Source of the DNA: Aquifex aeolicus VF5
GTDB lineage: Bacteria > Aquificota > Aquificia > Aquificales > Aquificaceae
NCBI RefSeq assembly: GCF_000008625.1
Contig: NC_000918.1
Span: 1,519,336-1,551,335 of the forward strand
Direction of reading: 5' to 3'
Length of the DNA stretch: 32,000 nt
The stretch's first letter is position 1. Each line of letters starts with the position of its first letter. The notes under the pieces are model-generated. The model was not told where the DNA came from. It saw only the letters and a list, made by a program, of their open reading frames with translations, and searched no databases. Shown piece after piece: positions 9,302 to 20,062 of this stretch. The translations under genes and the position numbers were made by a program.

Positions 9302-9326
9302 TTAACGTTTAGTATCTTATTTTAAC

Positions 9327-11011
<1,685 letters not shown>

Positions 11012-11410
11012 CTTTATCGGTTTCTCCCTTTCCCAGACTATAACGGGAGAAGCAAACTCCTTAGAATTTCTAAAGGACAGACTCATTTACAAAGGGAACG
11101 TAATACTCCACAGGGACAGCTCAACGCTGAAAGCGGACGAAGTGGTAATACTCCTTGACAAAGAAAACAAGCCCTACAAGCTTATCGCAAAGGGAAATGT
11201 AAAGTTCAGGGAAAACGGAAGGAAGGCAGAGGCGGAATTTGCTGAGTACGACTTGAGGAAGGAAATAATACATCTAAAGGGAAATGCAAAGATTGAAGAA
11301 AACGGCAGAGTCGTGGAAGCGGATGAAATAATTATTTACAAGAGGGAAAAGAGGCTTGTGGCTAAAGGTAAGGGAAAGAGAGTGAGAACCGTTTACGTGG
11401 AGGAGAAGAA

Positions 11411-11713
11411 ATGACGAAATCAGATATAGCTAAGGAACTCGCAAGGAGGCACGGCATATCCTACAAAAAAGCCCTCCTTATAGTCAACATGACCTTTGAG
11501 ATACTAAAAGCAAAAATACTGAACGGTGAAAAGGTAGAGGTAAGGGGACTGGGAACCTTTAAGTTGAAGAGAAAACCGGGAAGGTTCGTAAAGAACCCGA
11601 AAACGGGTATAGAAATTTACGTAAAGGAGAGGTACGTTCCCTACTACAAGATGTCTAAACTTTTAAGGAAGAAACTAAACGGCGATAAAGAAAGGGAGGA
11701 GTGTTTGACTTGA
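11411..11713 (+). CDS. HU/IHF-family DNA-binding protein
   Basis: 100 aa with a typical HU/IHF fold sequence: VEVRGLGTFKLKRKPGRFVKNPKTGIEIYV (beta-arm with Pro). Confidence 0.85.
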   Translation: MTKSDIAKELARRHGISYKKALLIVNMTFEILKAKILNGEKVEVRGLGTFKLKRKPGRFVKNPKTGIEIYVKERYVPYYKMSKLLRKKLNGDKEREECLT

Positions 11714-11716
11714 GTA

Positions 11717-11789
11717 TCGGGGCGGCCGGACTTGAACCGGCGACCTTCGGCTCCCAAAGCCGACGCTCTACCACCTGAGCTACGCCCCG
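11717..11789 (-). tRNA. tRNA-Pro (anticodon UGG) with no genomically encoded 3' CCA
   Basis: The reverse complement folds as a cloverleaf. Acceptor CGGGGCG pairs with CGCCCCG. D-arm GCTC/GAGC. Anticodon stem TCGGC/GCCGA with loop TTTGGGA. T-arm GCCGG-TTCAAGT-CCGGC. The discriminator is A, followed by TAC rather than CCA. Confidence 0.93.
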
Positions 11790-11823
11790 TCCCGAATAAA
11801 ATATTATAACGGAGGTGAAGAAA

Positions 11824-12780
11824 ATGAAAAAATTATTACTACTTCTTAGTGCAAGCTTTGCCTTCTCACTTCAGATGGATTTCAAAGAAGTTAAGAAGTT
11901 TCCTTACATAAAGTACGTCACTGCTTGGAAGGGAACACCCGCTGAAACGAAGGACGTTGCAGTTCCAAACGTCTACATAGTCGTTGGACAGAAGGAAAGT
12001 CCAGAGGTTCTTACCTCCGCCGCAAAGGTAGCTTTCTATTTAGGACAGTGGACGGACGGAATAGGACTTTCACCTAAACTTGTAAAGGAAGGAAAAATCC
12101 CTAAGCTCATAATAAGCGACAAGGAAGTAGAGAAGTACAAGGACAGGAACCTCATAGTGATAGGGACCAACAACGAGATAGTAAGAGAGCTGGGACTCAA
12201 GTTTAAAGAGCCGACCCTGAAGGTAGTAGAAAAGGACGGAAGAAAAATACTCATAGTAGGTGGTAAGGACACGAAGGAAGTGGTAAAAGCTGCAAGCTTT
12301 CTGGCTGACAGGGTAATTTCCTTCAAAGTAGGAGCTTACAACACTTTCTTTAACTGGGTAAGGGTAAGGGGAATGATAGAACACGGAAATTATGAGGGTG
12401 CTTACGACATGCTCACAGACTCAAGGGGCGTGCACGCCTGCGGTAGGAACATGTCACTTGCAGCTCCCATGATGGCAAAGTTCCCCCCTGAAGTGAAGAA
12501 GGTGGTAAAAAAGAGAAACAAGATAATGTACGTGGAACTTCCAAAAGCCTTAAAAGAAGAAAATAAAGAAAAGGCAAAGAAGCTCTGGAGAGAGGCTATG
12601 ATAACTTGCTTCCAGTGTCACCACGGGATAGGAATACCTAAAATGAGGAAGTTTGAACCTTTAGCGGATATACACTCAAAACACCAGAGGATAGCAAATA
12701 AGTACGGACTTTCGTGTAAGGACTGCCACTACGGAATTACAGAGTACAGAGGATACGAGGAGGGAACAACTGAACAATGA
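11824..12780 (+). CDS. Periplasmic di-haem c-type cytochrome with a large uncharacterised N-terminal domain
   Basis: Signal peptide MKKLLLLLSASFAFS. Two CXXCH motifs (CFQCHH, CKDCHY) lie in the last ~70 residues. The start is set at the ATG at 11824, downstream of GGAGGTG; the listed 11815 is a GTG inside that SD. Confidence 0.7.
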   Translation: MKKLLLLLSASFAFSLQMDFKEVKKFPYIKYVTAWKGTPAETKDVAVPNVYIVVGQKESPEVLTSAAKVAFYLGQWTDGIGLSPKLVKEGKIPKLIISDKEVEKYKDRNLIVIGTNNEIVRELGLKFKEPTLKVVEKDGRKILIVGGKDTKEVVKAASFLADRVISFKVGAYNTFFNWVRVRGMIEHGNYEGAYDMLTDSRGVHACGRNMSLAAPMMAKFPPEVKKVVKKRNKIMYVELPKALKEENKEKAKKLWREAMITCFQCHHGIGIPKMRKFEPLADIHSKHQRIANKYGLSCKDCHYGITEYRGYEEGTTEQ

Positions 12781-13283
12781 GGATTTACCTTATAGGCTTT
12801 ATGTGCTCCGGGAAAAGCACAGTTGGTTCCCTCCTCTCCCGCTCTTTAAACATTCCCTTCTATGACGTTGACGAAGAGGTGCAGAAAAGGGAAGGACTTT
12901 CAATCCCCCAAATCTTTGAAAAGAAAGGGGAAGCTTACTTCAGAAAGCTTGAGTTTGAAGTCTTAAAGGATTTATCCGAAAAAGAAAACGTAGTCATTTC
13001 CACGGGAGGAGGACTCGGGGCAAACGAAGAAGCATTAAACTTTATGAAGAGTAGAGGCACAACCGTTTTCATAGATATCCCCTTTGAGGTTTTCCTTGAA
13101 AGGTGTAAGGACTCAAAGGAGAGACCCCTTTTAAAGAGACCTCTCGATGAGATAAAAAACTTATTTGAAGAGAGGAGAAAGATTTATTCAAAGGCGGACA
13201 TAAAGGTGAAGGGGGAAAAACCCCCCGAAGAGGTTGTAAAGGAAATTTTATTATCCCTTGAAGGGAACGCCCTTGGTGGGTGA
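12777..13283 (+). CDS. aroK: Shikimate kinase
   Basis: P-loop [16 protein letters not shown] motif and 168 aa. The start overlaps the upstream stop. Confidence 0.9.
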   Translation: MRIYLIGFMCSGKSTVGSLLSRSLNIPFYDVDEEVQKREGLSIPQIFEKKGEAYFRKLEFEVLKDLSEKENVVISTGGGLGANEEALNFMKSRGTTVFIDIPFEVFLERCKDSKERPLLKRPLDEIKNLFEERRKIYSKADIKVKGEKPPEEVVKEILLSLEGNALGG

Positions 13284-14054
13284 AGAGGGAACTGCGTAAG
13301 TTCTCTTCGGCATCCTTCCGGCAAGGTAAGCAAGTCTTCCGGCGATTGTTGCGTACTTCATAGCCACGGCCATCTTTATAGGATCTTTTGCCTCCGCGAG
13401 GGCGGTATTCGTGAGTACTCCGTCCACACCGAGTTCCATAACGGGCGGTATATCGGTAGCGCTTCCTATACCCGCGTCAACTATAACGGGAACAGAAACT
13501 GCTTCCTTTATGAATATCAGGTTATAGGGATTTTGTAGCCCGAGACCCGAGCCTATAGGTGCCGCCAGAGGCATAACCGCAGCACAGCCTATGTCTTCAA
13601 ATTTTTTTGCAAAAACGGGGTCGTCAAAAATGTATGGTAGAACCACAAATCCCTCTTTTACGAGTACCTTAGCAGCCTTGTAAGTCTCCTCCATGTCGGG
13701 AAGGAGTGTCTTTTGGTCACCTATAACTTCAAGCTTTACCCAGTTTATACCCGTAGCTTCCCTCGCCATCATAGCGGTCTTTATGGCTTCCTCCGCCGTG
13801 TAACATCCAGCGGTATTTGGGAGTATTAAGTACTTCTTAGGGTCTATGTAATCGAGGAGGTTTTCCTTGGTGGGATCCGTTATATTTACCCTTCTTACGG
13901 CAACGGTTATTATTTCCGCTCCGGACGCTTCCAGAACTTCCTTAGTTTGCTGGAAGTCTTTAAACTTACCGGAGCCTATTATTAAGCGGGATTTGAACTT
14001 TCTTCCCGCAATCTCCAAGTAGTCGTCCTGAAGGAGTTTTTCCCAGTCCTGCAT
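13251..14054 (-). CDS. thiG: Thiazole synthase
   Basis: Full-length ThiG-like TIM barrel ([26 protein letters not shown]), downstream of thiS. Confidence 0.9.
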   Translation of the reverse strand: MQDWEKLLQDDYLEIAGRKFKSRLIIGSGKFKDFQQTKEVLEASGAEIITVAVRRVNITDPTKENLLDYIDPKKYLILPNTAGCYTAEEAIKTAMMAREATGINWVKLEVIGDQKTLLPDMEETYKAAKVLVKEGFVVLPYIFDDPVFAKKFEDIGCAAVMPLAAPIGSGLGLQNPYNLIFIKEAVSVPVIVDAGIGSATDIPPVMELGVDGVLTNTALAEAKDPIKMAVAMKYATIAGRLAYLAGRMPKRTYAVPSSPTKGVPFKG

Positions 14055-14075
14055 TTATCTACCTCCAAATTGATT

Positions 14076-14285
14076 TTATCCACCGCCAACCAATTGAACA
14101 ACTTCCACTTTATCGCCTTCCCTTACCTTCCTCGTAGTGTACTCCGATTTCGGAACAACCTCTTCGTTTATGGCAACTGCCAGTCCCACTTCCCTGAACT
14201 TAACCCCTATCTCTTCCAGGAGTTCCATTATGGTCATTTCCCTAGGTATTTCTCTCTCTTCGCCGTTCAGGACTATTCTGGGCAT
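14076..14285 (-). CDS. thiS: Sulfur-carrier protein ThiS
   Basis: 69 aa with a ubiquitin-like fold sequence ending in ...VGGG (C-terminal Gly-Gly). It lies immediately upstream of thiG. Confidence 0.85.
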   Translation of the reverse strand: MPRIVLNGEEREIPREMTIMELLEEIGVKFREVGLAVAINEEVVPKSEYTTRKVREGDKVEVVQLVGGG

Positions 14286-14344
14286 GATAATTTATAAATA
14301 TAAGAATTTCTTTATTACTTTGGTATTTGTATATCCTTTTATTT

Positions 14345-14905
14345 ATGGGAGAAAAGCGCTCGGACACAAAGGAAAAAATACTGAGTTCCGCACTCAAACT
14401 CTTTTCCAAAAAGGGATTTAAGGAAACCACCATAAAAGACATAGCAAAGGAGGTAGGCATAACCGAGGGTGCTATATACAGGCACTTCACGAGCAAGGAA
14501 GAAATAATAAAGAGCCTTCTTGAGAGCATAACCAAGGAATTAAGACATAAGCTGGAGGTTGCCCTTCAAAGAGGTGAAACGGATGAGGAAATTCTGGAGA
14601 GCATAGTGGATACCTTAATAGATTACGCTTTTTCCAATCCCGAATCTTTCAGGTTTTTGAACCTATACCACCTTCTCAAGGAGTACGGAGAGGTGAAGAA
14701 CTTGCCCGGAGAACTCATACTCAAGTTCCTTAACGGCCTTTACTTGAAAAGAAAGCTGAAAACCTACCCCGAAATCGCCCTTGCGGTAGTGACGGGAAGC
14801 GTGGAGAGGGTTTTCATATTCAAAGAGAGAAACTTCCTTGATTACGACGAGGAAACCATAAAGAAGGAACTCAAGAAGGTTCTAAAGAGTGCCATTTTGG
14901 CTTGA
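14345..14905 (+). CDS. TetR-family transcriptional regulator
   Basis: N-terminal HTH: KEKILSSALKLFSKKGFKETTIKDIAKEVGITEGAIYRHF. The start is set at the ATG at 14345 (MGEKRSD...). Confidence 0.85.
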   Translation: MGEKRSDTKEKILSSALKLFSKKGFKETTIKDIAKEVGITEGAIYRHFTSKEEIIKSLLESITKELRHKLEVALQRGETDEEILESIVDTLIDYAFSNPESFRFLNLYHLLKEYGEVKNLPGELILKFLNGLYLKRKLKTYPEIALAVVTGSVERVFIFKERNFLDYDEETIKKELKKVLKSAILA

Positions 14906-14932
14906 AAGTAGCGAGTTTTTTCCTAAAATTAA

Positions 14933-14952
14933 ATATGACAAGTTTGTCATAT
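14933..14952. promoter_or_regulatory. Perfect inverted repeat ATATGACAA-GT-TTGTCATAT, a candidate operator upstream of moaE
   Basis: 9-bp arms with a 2-nt spacer, read directly from the sequence. It lies 27 nt after the TetR stop and abuts the GGAGGTG SD (14954-14960) of moaE. Confidence 0.5.
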
Positions 14953-14962
14953 GGAGGTGGGC

Positions 14963-15415
14963 ATGATTCCGAGAGTTTACCTCGGACACGAGTGGTTCGG
15001 TGCGGAAAGGATACTGAGTGAATACCAAGTTCCCGAAGACTGCGGAGCGCAGGTTCTGTTCCTCGGCATTCCCAGAAACGCACCCGAAGACGGCGGAAAT
15101 ATAGAAGCTCTTGAGTACGAGGCGTACCCCGAAATGGCTATAAAAGAAATGGAAAAGATAAGACAGGAAACGATAGAGAAGTTCGGCGTAAAGGAAGTAT
15201 TCATACACCACAGGCTTGGTCTGGTGAAAATCGGAGAACCTTCCTTCTTAGTGCTTGCGGTAGGTGGACACAGGGAAGAAACCTTTAAAGCGTGCAGGTA
15301 CGCCGTTGACGAGACGAAAAAACGCGTCCCCATATGGAAGAAGGAAATCTTTAAGGAAGGAAAAGGAGAGTGGGTCCTAGGGGAAAAGAAAAATGCTTCT
15401 GGACAAACTAAGTAG
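14963..15415 (+). CDS. moaE: Molybdopterin synthase catalytic subunit MoaE
   Basis: MoaE-like sequence ([28 protein letters not shown]). The ATG at 14963 follows GGAGG. The listed 14951 ATG lies inside the palindrome. Confidence 0.85.
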
Positions 15416-16355
15416 ACCGCTGAAAGTCCTCAGGATTTCTCTAACGGATAGATGCAACCTCAGGTGCAACTTCTGCATGCCCCCGGGAAAGGAGTATAAC
15501 TTCCTTCCTAAAAGACAACTACTTACCCCCGAAGAAATAGAGGAGTACGTCAAGATATTTGCCAAACTCGGCGTTGAAAAAGTTCGCCTAACAGGCGGTG
15601 AACCTCTCCTGAGGGAAGATTTAGAGGAGATAATTCAAAGAATTTCAAAAGTAGAAGGAATTAAAGATATAGCTCTAACGACTAACGGCGTATTTTTAAA
15701 AGAAAGGTTAAAAGCTTTAAAAGAAGCGGGATTGAAGAGGATTACCGTAAGCGTACACTCACTGAATCCCGAAAAGAACCAAAAACTTGTTAATAGAAGT
15801 GTTAACTTAGGTGAAGTCTTTGAAGTAATAATAAGAGCAAAAGAGCTTGGCTTTAAAGTGAAGGTGAACTCCGTAATAATAAAGGGTTTTAACGACGACG
15901 AGATTCTGGATCTTGCAAGGTTCTTTAAAAACCTGGGTGTAACGCTGAGGTTTATAGAGTACATGGACGTGGGAACGGTTAACGACTGGGATTTTTCAAA
16001 GGTTGTAAGTGCGGACGAAATTCTGAACTTAATGAAGAAAGAGTTTACATTTTATCCTCTTCCCAAAAGACCCGAAGATACGTCAATGGATTTCATTTAC
16101 GAGGATGGGAATAAGTTCGGGATAATAGCCTCGGTGACGAAACCCTTCTGCAGGGGTTGTAACCGCATAAGACTTTCTGCAGACGGTAAGCTCTACACAT
16201 GCCTCTTTTCGGATAAAGGACATGACTTGAGAAACGCCGTTGATAAAGAAAACTTTATTAAAGAAGTCTGGAAAGACAGAAAAGACAGGTACTCAGAACT
16301 CAGGCGGCAGATGAAGAGAGAGAGAAAAGTAGAAATGTTCAAAGTCGGCGGTTAA
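15393..16355 (+). CDS. moaA: GTP 3',8-cyclase MoaA (radical SAM)
   Basis: Radical-SAM cluster CNLRCNFC, C-terminal cluster [18 protein letters not shown] and a terminal GG. It overlaps moaE by 23 nt. Confidence 0.92.
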
Positions 16356-16930
16356 TGTTTTAAGAGTCCGTAAAGTATGAGCTTTTTAATGGTTTCAGGA
16401 TCCTTAATGATCTTTCCCTTTTTACCTCTGAGGAACCATTGGAAGGCCTTTGCCTGAAGTAGACCTATTATGGAGTAAGCGGTTTCTTCTACGTCCACGT
16501 CGTCCCTGAACTCTCCAATTTTAATACCTTCTTCTATAACTTCCATAACCATTTGAGCGTATTCGTTTAAAAACTCACTGATCCTCTTTTTTATACTCCT
16601 TTTGTCACTCCTTGAGAATTCAAAGCAAATTATCGGTATTATTCCTTTCGTTTTCTCCAGAAGTTCTATGTGACCTTCCAGGATTCTTTCGAGTTTTTCC
16701 TTAGGTGTTTTGCCCAGGGTTACCGCTTCCTTCGTTTTGAGGATACACTCGTTCGTGTACCTCCTGATGATTTCTTCCGCTATTTCTTCCATAGAGGAAA
16801 AGTGTTTGAATATGGCCGCGTCGCTTATTCCGATTTTACTCGCCAGATTTTTTGCAGTGAACCTTCTTAAACCTTCGTGGGCGATAACTTCCGCACCAAC
16901 TTTGAGAATTTTATCCCGGGTCTTTACCAT
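16352..16930 (-). CDS. TetR-family transcriptional regulator
   Basis: N-terminal HTH: RDKILKVGAEVIAHEGLRRFTAKNLASKIGISDAAIFKHF. It lies directly downstream of sqr on the same strand. Confidence 0.85.
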   Translation of the reverse strand: MVKTRDKILKVGAEVIAHEGLRRFTAKNLASKIGISDAAIFKHFSSMEEIAEEIIRRYTNECILKTKEAVTLGKTPKEKLERILEGHIELLEKTKGIIPIICFEFSRSDKRSIKKRISEFLNEYAQMVMEVIEEGIKIGEFRDDVDVEETAYSIIGLLQAKAFQWFLRGKKGKIIKDPETIKKLILYGLLKH

Positions 16931-17013
16931 AATTTTTATTTTAAAACTTAGGATATTAAATACTTACTAACTTTTTCTTATAAAAGATATAAGAAAAGGA
17001 AAAGGGAAGGGAA

Positions 17014-18306
17014 TTAACACCTACTTCCGGGTGCTCCTTCGCAGTCCTTACAAAGTTCTATGGGGTGAACCTTGAGGAATATTTCGAGTACCTTTTCTTC
17101 AAAGGAGGGTGCGATGTTTCCGTTCCTGACCTTCCAGAGGAAGTACTTTTCAAACGCGGTCTTGAAGTAGTGTGCCCACTTGCCCATCTTGGTTATTACT
17201 CTTTCCCTCGGAGGTATTACGGGGTCTGCGAAGAAAAATCCAGCGTCTTCTCCGAAGTCAGCTATACATATGGCGGAAAGTCTCGGAGCGTACTTGTCGG
17301 GGTTGTTCCTTATGTCGTTTACTATGTTGTGAGCTACAGCCATAGCCATTTGCTCAATCATCATACCCGTCTTTGGTACGCCGGTGGGTATAGGCGTCTT
17401 TTCTATAGGGGGTATAGCCGTTACAACACCTACTCCGAATATGTTCTTGTAAGTGGGGTTCTGGAAGCACCTGTTAACTATAACCATCTTGTTTGCGGGG
17501 TTTGCCACTTTGTCTCCCGCGGAAGCAACTACCTCAGGTCCTTGGAAGCTGGGCATGAACATGGTAAACTTGGCGGGGACTTCGTGGGTGTTTCCGTTCA
17601 GGTCTTCGTATATAACCTTGTCAGGTTCTATAGCCTTGACTGCTACGTTTGCAATCCAATCTATGTTCCTTTCAGCGAAAAGGTCCTCTACCAGTCTCTT
17701 TGAAGCACCTATACCACCAACTCCAAAGTGTCCAAGGTAGGGTTCGGAGGTAATGAAGGTCATGGGAACCTTGTACCTTATCCCTCTCTTTTTGAGTTCG
17801 TAGTGAAGCATTAAAGCGAACTCGTAAGCCGGTCCGAAACAGCTAACTCCGGGGATAGCACCTATTACGACCGGTCCGGGATTTGCGTAAAGTTCCTGGA
17901 GCTTCTTCTGAGTTTCTAGTGCGTGTTCAGCCGTACATATGGAGGTAGAGTTCTCTTCCTGTCCTTCCGCGCCGAAAACGAGCTTGGGTCCTGTAGCTAT
18001 TACGAGGTAGTCGTACTCAATCTTCTTGCCGGACTGGGTCGTTACGGTGTTTGCGTCAGGGTCAATGGATTCGGCTTTTTCGTTTATAAACTCGATGTTG
18101 AACTTGGGAAGTAACGGTGCGAGTGGTACGGAAATGTCTTCAAACTTCCTCCATCCCATTGCGAGGTGGGGGAACGCAGGGGTAAATCCGAAGTAAGGCC
18201 TGTCGGAAATTAAGGTGATCTTAAGGTCGGGCATTAAGTTCCTGAGGTTGTAAGCGGTTGCTATACCGCCTACTCCTCCTCCTATTACTACAACGTGCTT
18301 AGCCAT
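17014..18306 (-). CDS. sqr: Sulfide:quinone oxidoreductase (type I SQR flavoprotein)
   Basis: FAD fold VVVIGGGVGG. The three catalytic-type Cys contexts are STSICTAEH, GVSCFGPAY and LSAICIADFG. The 430-aa length and sequence match my memory of the crystallised Aquifex aeolicus SQR. Confidence 0.93.
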   Translation of the reverse strand: MAKHVVVIGGGVGGIATAYNLRNLMPDLKITLISDRPYFGFTPAFPHLAMGWRKFEDISVPLAPLLPKFNIEFINEKAESIDPDANTVTTQSGKKIEYDYLVIATGPKLVFGAEGQEENSTSICTAEHALETQKKLQELYANPGPVVIGAIPGVSCFGPAYEFALMLHYELKKRGIRYKVPMTFITSEPYLGHFGVGGIGASKRLVEDLFAERNIDWIANVAVKAIEPDKVIYEDLNGNTHEVPAKFTMFMPSFQGPEVVASAGDKVANPANKMVIVNRCFQNPTYKNIFGVGVVTAIPPIEKTPIPTGVPKTGMMIEQMAMAVAHNIVNDIRNNPDKYAPRLSAICIADFGEDAGFFFADPVIPPRERVITKMGKWAHYFKTAFEKYFLWKVRNGNIAPSFEEKVLEIFLKVHPIELCKDCEGAPGSRC

Positions 18307-18484
18307 TTGCCTACCTCCATTCGTAAATACTAACCTAATTAATTATATAAGGAGAACTTTTTGAACTATGAAAAACAGTTATTATAAGATTTGCTTATCT
18401 CTACATAATGCCCTTTTATACATTAAGAAGTATTAAGGAATTCAAAATATAAATGAAGATTTAAATCTGGTTAGGAGGTGAAGA

Positions 18485-19261
18485 ATGGCTCACACTGAAA
18501 CCATGCACCACGAAGAAGTAAGTGTCTGGCCATTTGTGATCGGTATGGGGATGTTATTCGCACCGATAGCCTTGACCGCTTACTTTGCGTGGCAAAACCA
18601 CATGGCCGGACTCGTACTGGGAGGGTTGTCCCTAATCCTGATACTCTTCGGAGCTGCAGGTTGGGCAAACGAACACTTTACAAAGGATCGTGAACACGGA
18701 CTGGGAGCACTGGGAACGTACTTCTTCATAATCACGGAAGCTGTAATATTCGGAACGATGTTCGCAGCCTACTACACCGCAAGGGTAACTCACGCTCACG
18801 AGTGGGCAAACTGGGTTCCTGAAGGTATAAGCCTAGCAATGGCAGGACTGCTTACCTTAATCCTGTGGGCATCTAGTTACACCATATGGAAAGCAGAAAC
18901 AATACTTGAGGAAGAAGGTAATAATGGAAAAGCTCTCAAGTGGGTATTCTTCACCTTTGTACTGGGACTGCTCTTCGTAATCCTTCACGTAAACGAGTGG
19001 AAGCACCTCTGGCATGAAGGATTTACCTTAAGCTCCAACATGTACGGAACTGGATTTTACGCACTCACGGGACTCCACACTTCACACGTCCTCCTCGGAC
19101 TTATAATGCAACTCTACTGTATGTGGCTTCTTGCAACCGGTAAGATGACTCAACTGAGACCTACGGTTCTCAGGGCTACTTCTGCATATTGGCACTTCGT
19201 AGACTTCATGTGGCTCCTCGTAGCAGGTTCTGTTTACATAATCGGAACCTTAGGGGTGTAA
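18485..19261 (+). CDS. coxC: Cytochrome c oxidase subunit III
   Basis: Seven-helix membrane protein with the subunit III pattern (YWHFVDFMWL). GGAGGTG lies upstream of the ATG. Confidence 0.85.
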   Translation: MAHTETMHHEEVSVWPFVIGMGMLFAPIALTAYFAWQNHMAGLVLGGLSLILILFGAAGWANEHFTKDREHGLGALGTYFFIITEAVIFGTMFAAYYTARVTHAHEWANWVPEGISLAMAGLLTLILWASSYTIWKAETILEEEGNNGKALKWVFFTFVLGLLFVILHVNEWKHLWHEGFTLSSNMYGTGFYALTGLHTSHVLLGLIMQLYCMWLLATGKMTQLRPTVLRATSAYWHFVDFMWLLVAGSVYIIGTLGV

Positions 19262-19262
19262 G

Positions 19263-20060
19263 ATGAGAATTCTTCTCTCTTTCCTCTTTCTTATTACTCT
19301 TGTTTTCGGAGGAGCTGTTGGACCTTCCAACAAAGCATTTGATGACAACGATATGTTCAATCCCGAAATACTAAAAATCAATGAAAAACAATACCTCGGA
19401 AATTTTGTTCCGAATGTTGAAGTAATCTTAGAAGACGGAACGAAAACGGATCTGTACACCTTAATAAAAGAAAAACCCACTATACTCCTTCTTTCCTACT
19501 ACACCTGTGAGGGTACCTGCCCTGTAAGGGTTGACAACTTAAAGAAGTTAATCGACGAAACGGATTTAAAAGACAGAGATTTTATGGTTCTCAACCTCTC
19601 TTTTGACGAGAGGGATGACCTCCAAACTTTGAAGGAATTTGTAAAACTACACGGGCCTTTCACTAAACACTGGGTGTTCGGAATAATCGATAAAGAAAAT
19701 ATAGAAAAACTTACTAACTCCGTAGGGTTCAAGTTCTTCTTCGTGGAGAGGGACAAGACATTTGTGCATCCAAACGTTTACATCTTCCTTTCCCCTGAAG
19801 GGAGGATAACGAGGTATCTCTGGGGAGTAAAGCCAAGCTACAGAGATGTGAGAATAGCCCTTGCGGAAAGTACACAAAACAAGATAACTGTAAACTCCAT
19901 AGTAGATCTCGCTTACATAGCCTGTTTTACTTACGATCCTTCAAGGAGTAGATACGTCATAAATCCGACTTTGCTCTTTGGTGGTATTGGTTTTTCTGCT
20001 TTAGGTTTGGTCGTGCTATCTGGTCTTTTGATGAATAAACTTAGGAAGAAGGAGGTGTAG
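19263..20060 (+). CDS. SCO1/SenC-family copper chaperone with a C-terminal membrane anchor
   Basis: Thioredoxin-like fold with CEGTCP (CxxxC) and a distal His (FVHPNVYIFL). It has an N-terminal signal-like segment plus a C-terminal TM helix. Confidence 0.8.
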   Translation: MRILLSFLFLITLVFGGAVGPSNKAFDDNDMFNPEILKINEKQYLGNFVPNVEVILEDGTKTDLYTLIKEKPTILLLSYYTCEGTCPVRVDNLKKLIDETDLKDRDFMVLNLSFDERDDLQTLKEFVKLHGPFTKHWVFGIIDKENIEKLTNSVGFKFFFVERDKTFVHPNVYIFLSPEGRITRYLWGVKPSYRDVRIALAESTQNKITVNSIVDLAYIACFTYDPSRSRYVINPTLLFGGIGFSALGLVVLSGLLMNKLRKKEV

Positions 20061-20062
20061 TC

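Noticed and set aside
11700-11830. tRNA-Pro as a possible integration hotspot or genomic-island boundary
   Set aside because: There is no integrase, no direct repeat of the tRNA 3' end and no compositional break on either side. The flanking genes are ordinary housekeeping genes.
14286-14344. A possible TPP (THI-box) riboswitch upstream of thiS-thiG
   Set aside because: The leader is only ~59 nt of AT-rich sequence. It has no CTGAGA or ACCTGA-type conserved THI-box elements and no room for the fold.
17065-17703. A long (212-aa) + strand ORF inside sqr, and many similar antisense or alternate-frame ORFs in the track (for example 551..760, 4227..4634, 4382..4747, 12036..12384, 14977..15333, 21256..21540, 24004..24360, 28409..28753, 28839..29252, 29827..30120)
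   Set aside because: All lie entirely within confidently identified genes. They have low-complexity or Y/V/S-rich shadow-frame composition and no translation signals.
18368-18436. A 22-aa ORF (MKNSYYKICLSLHNALLYIKKY) in the sqr/coxC intergenic region
   Set aside because: The AAGGAG-like sequence is 13 nt away, which is too far. The peptide is AT-driven with no features. It is most likely a chance ORF in promoter DNA.
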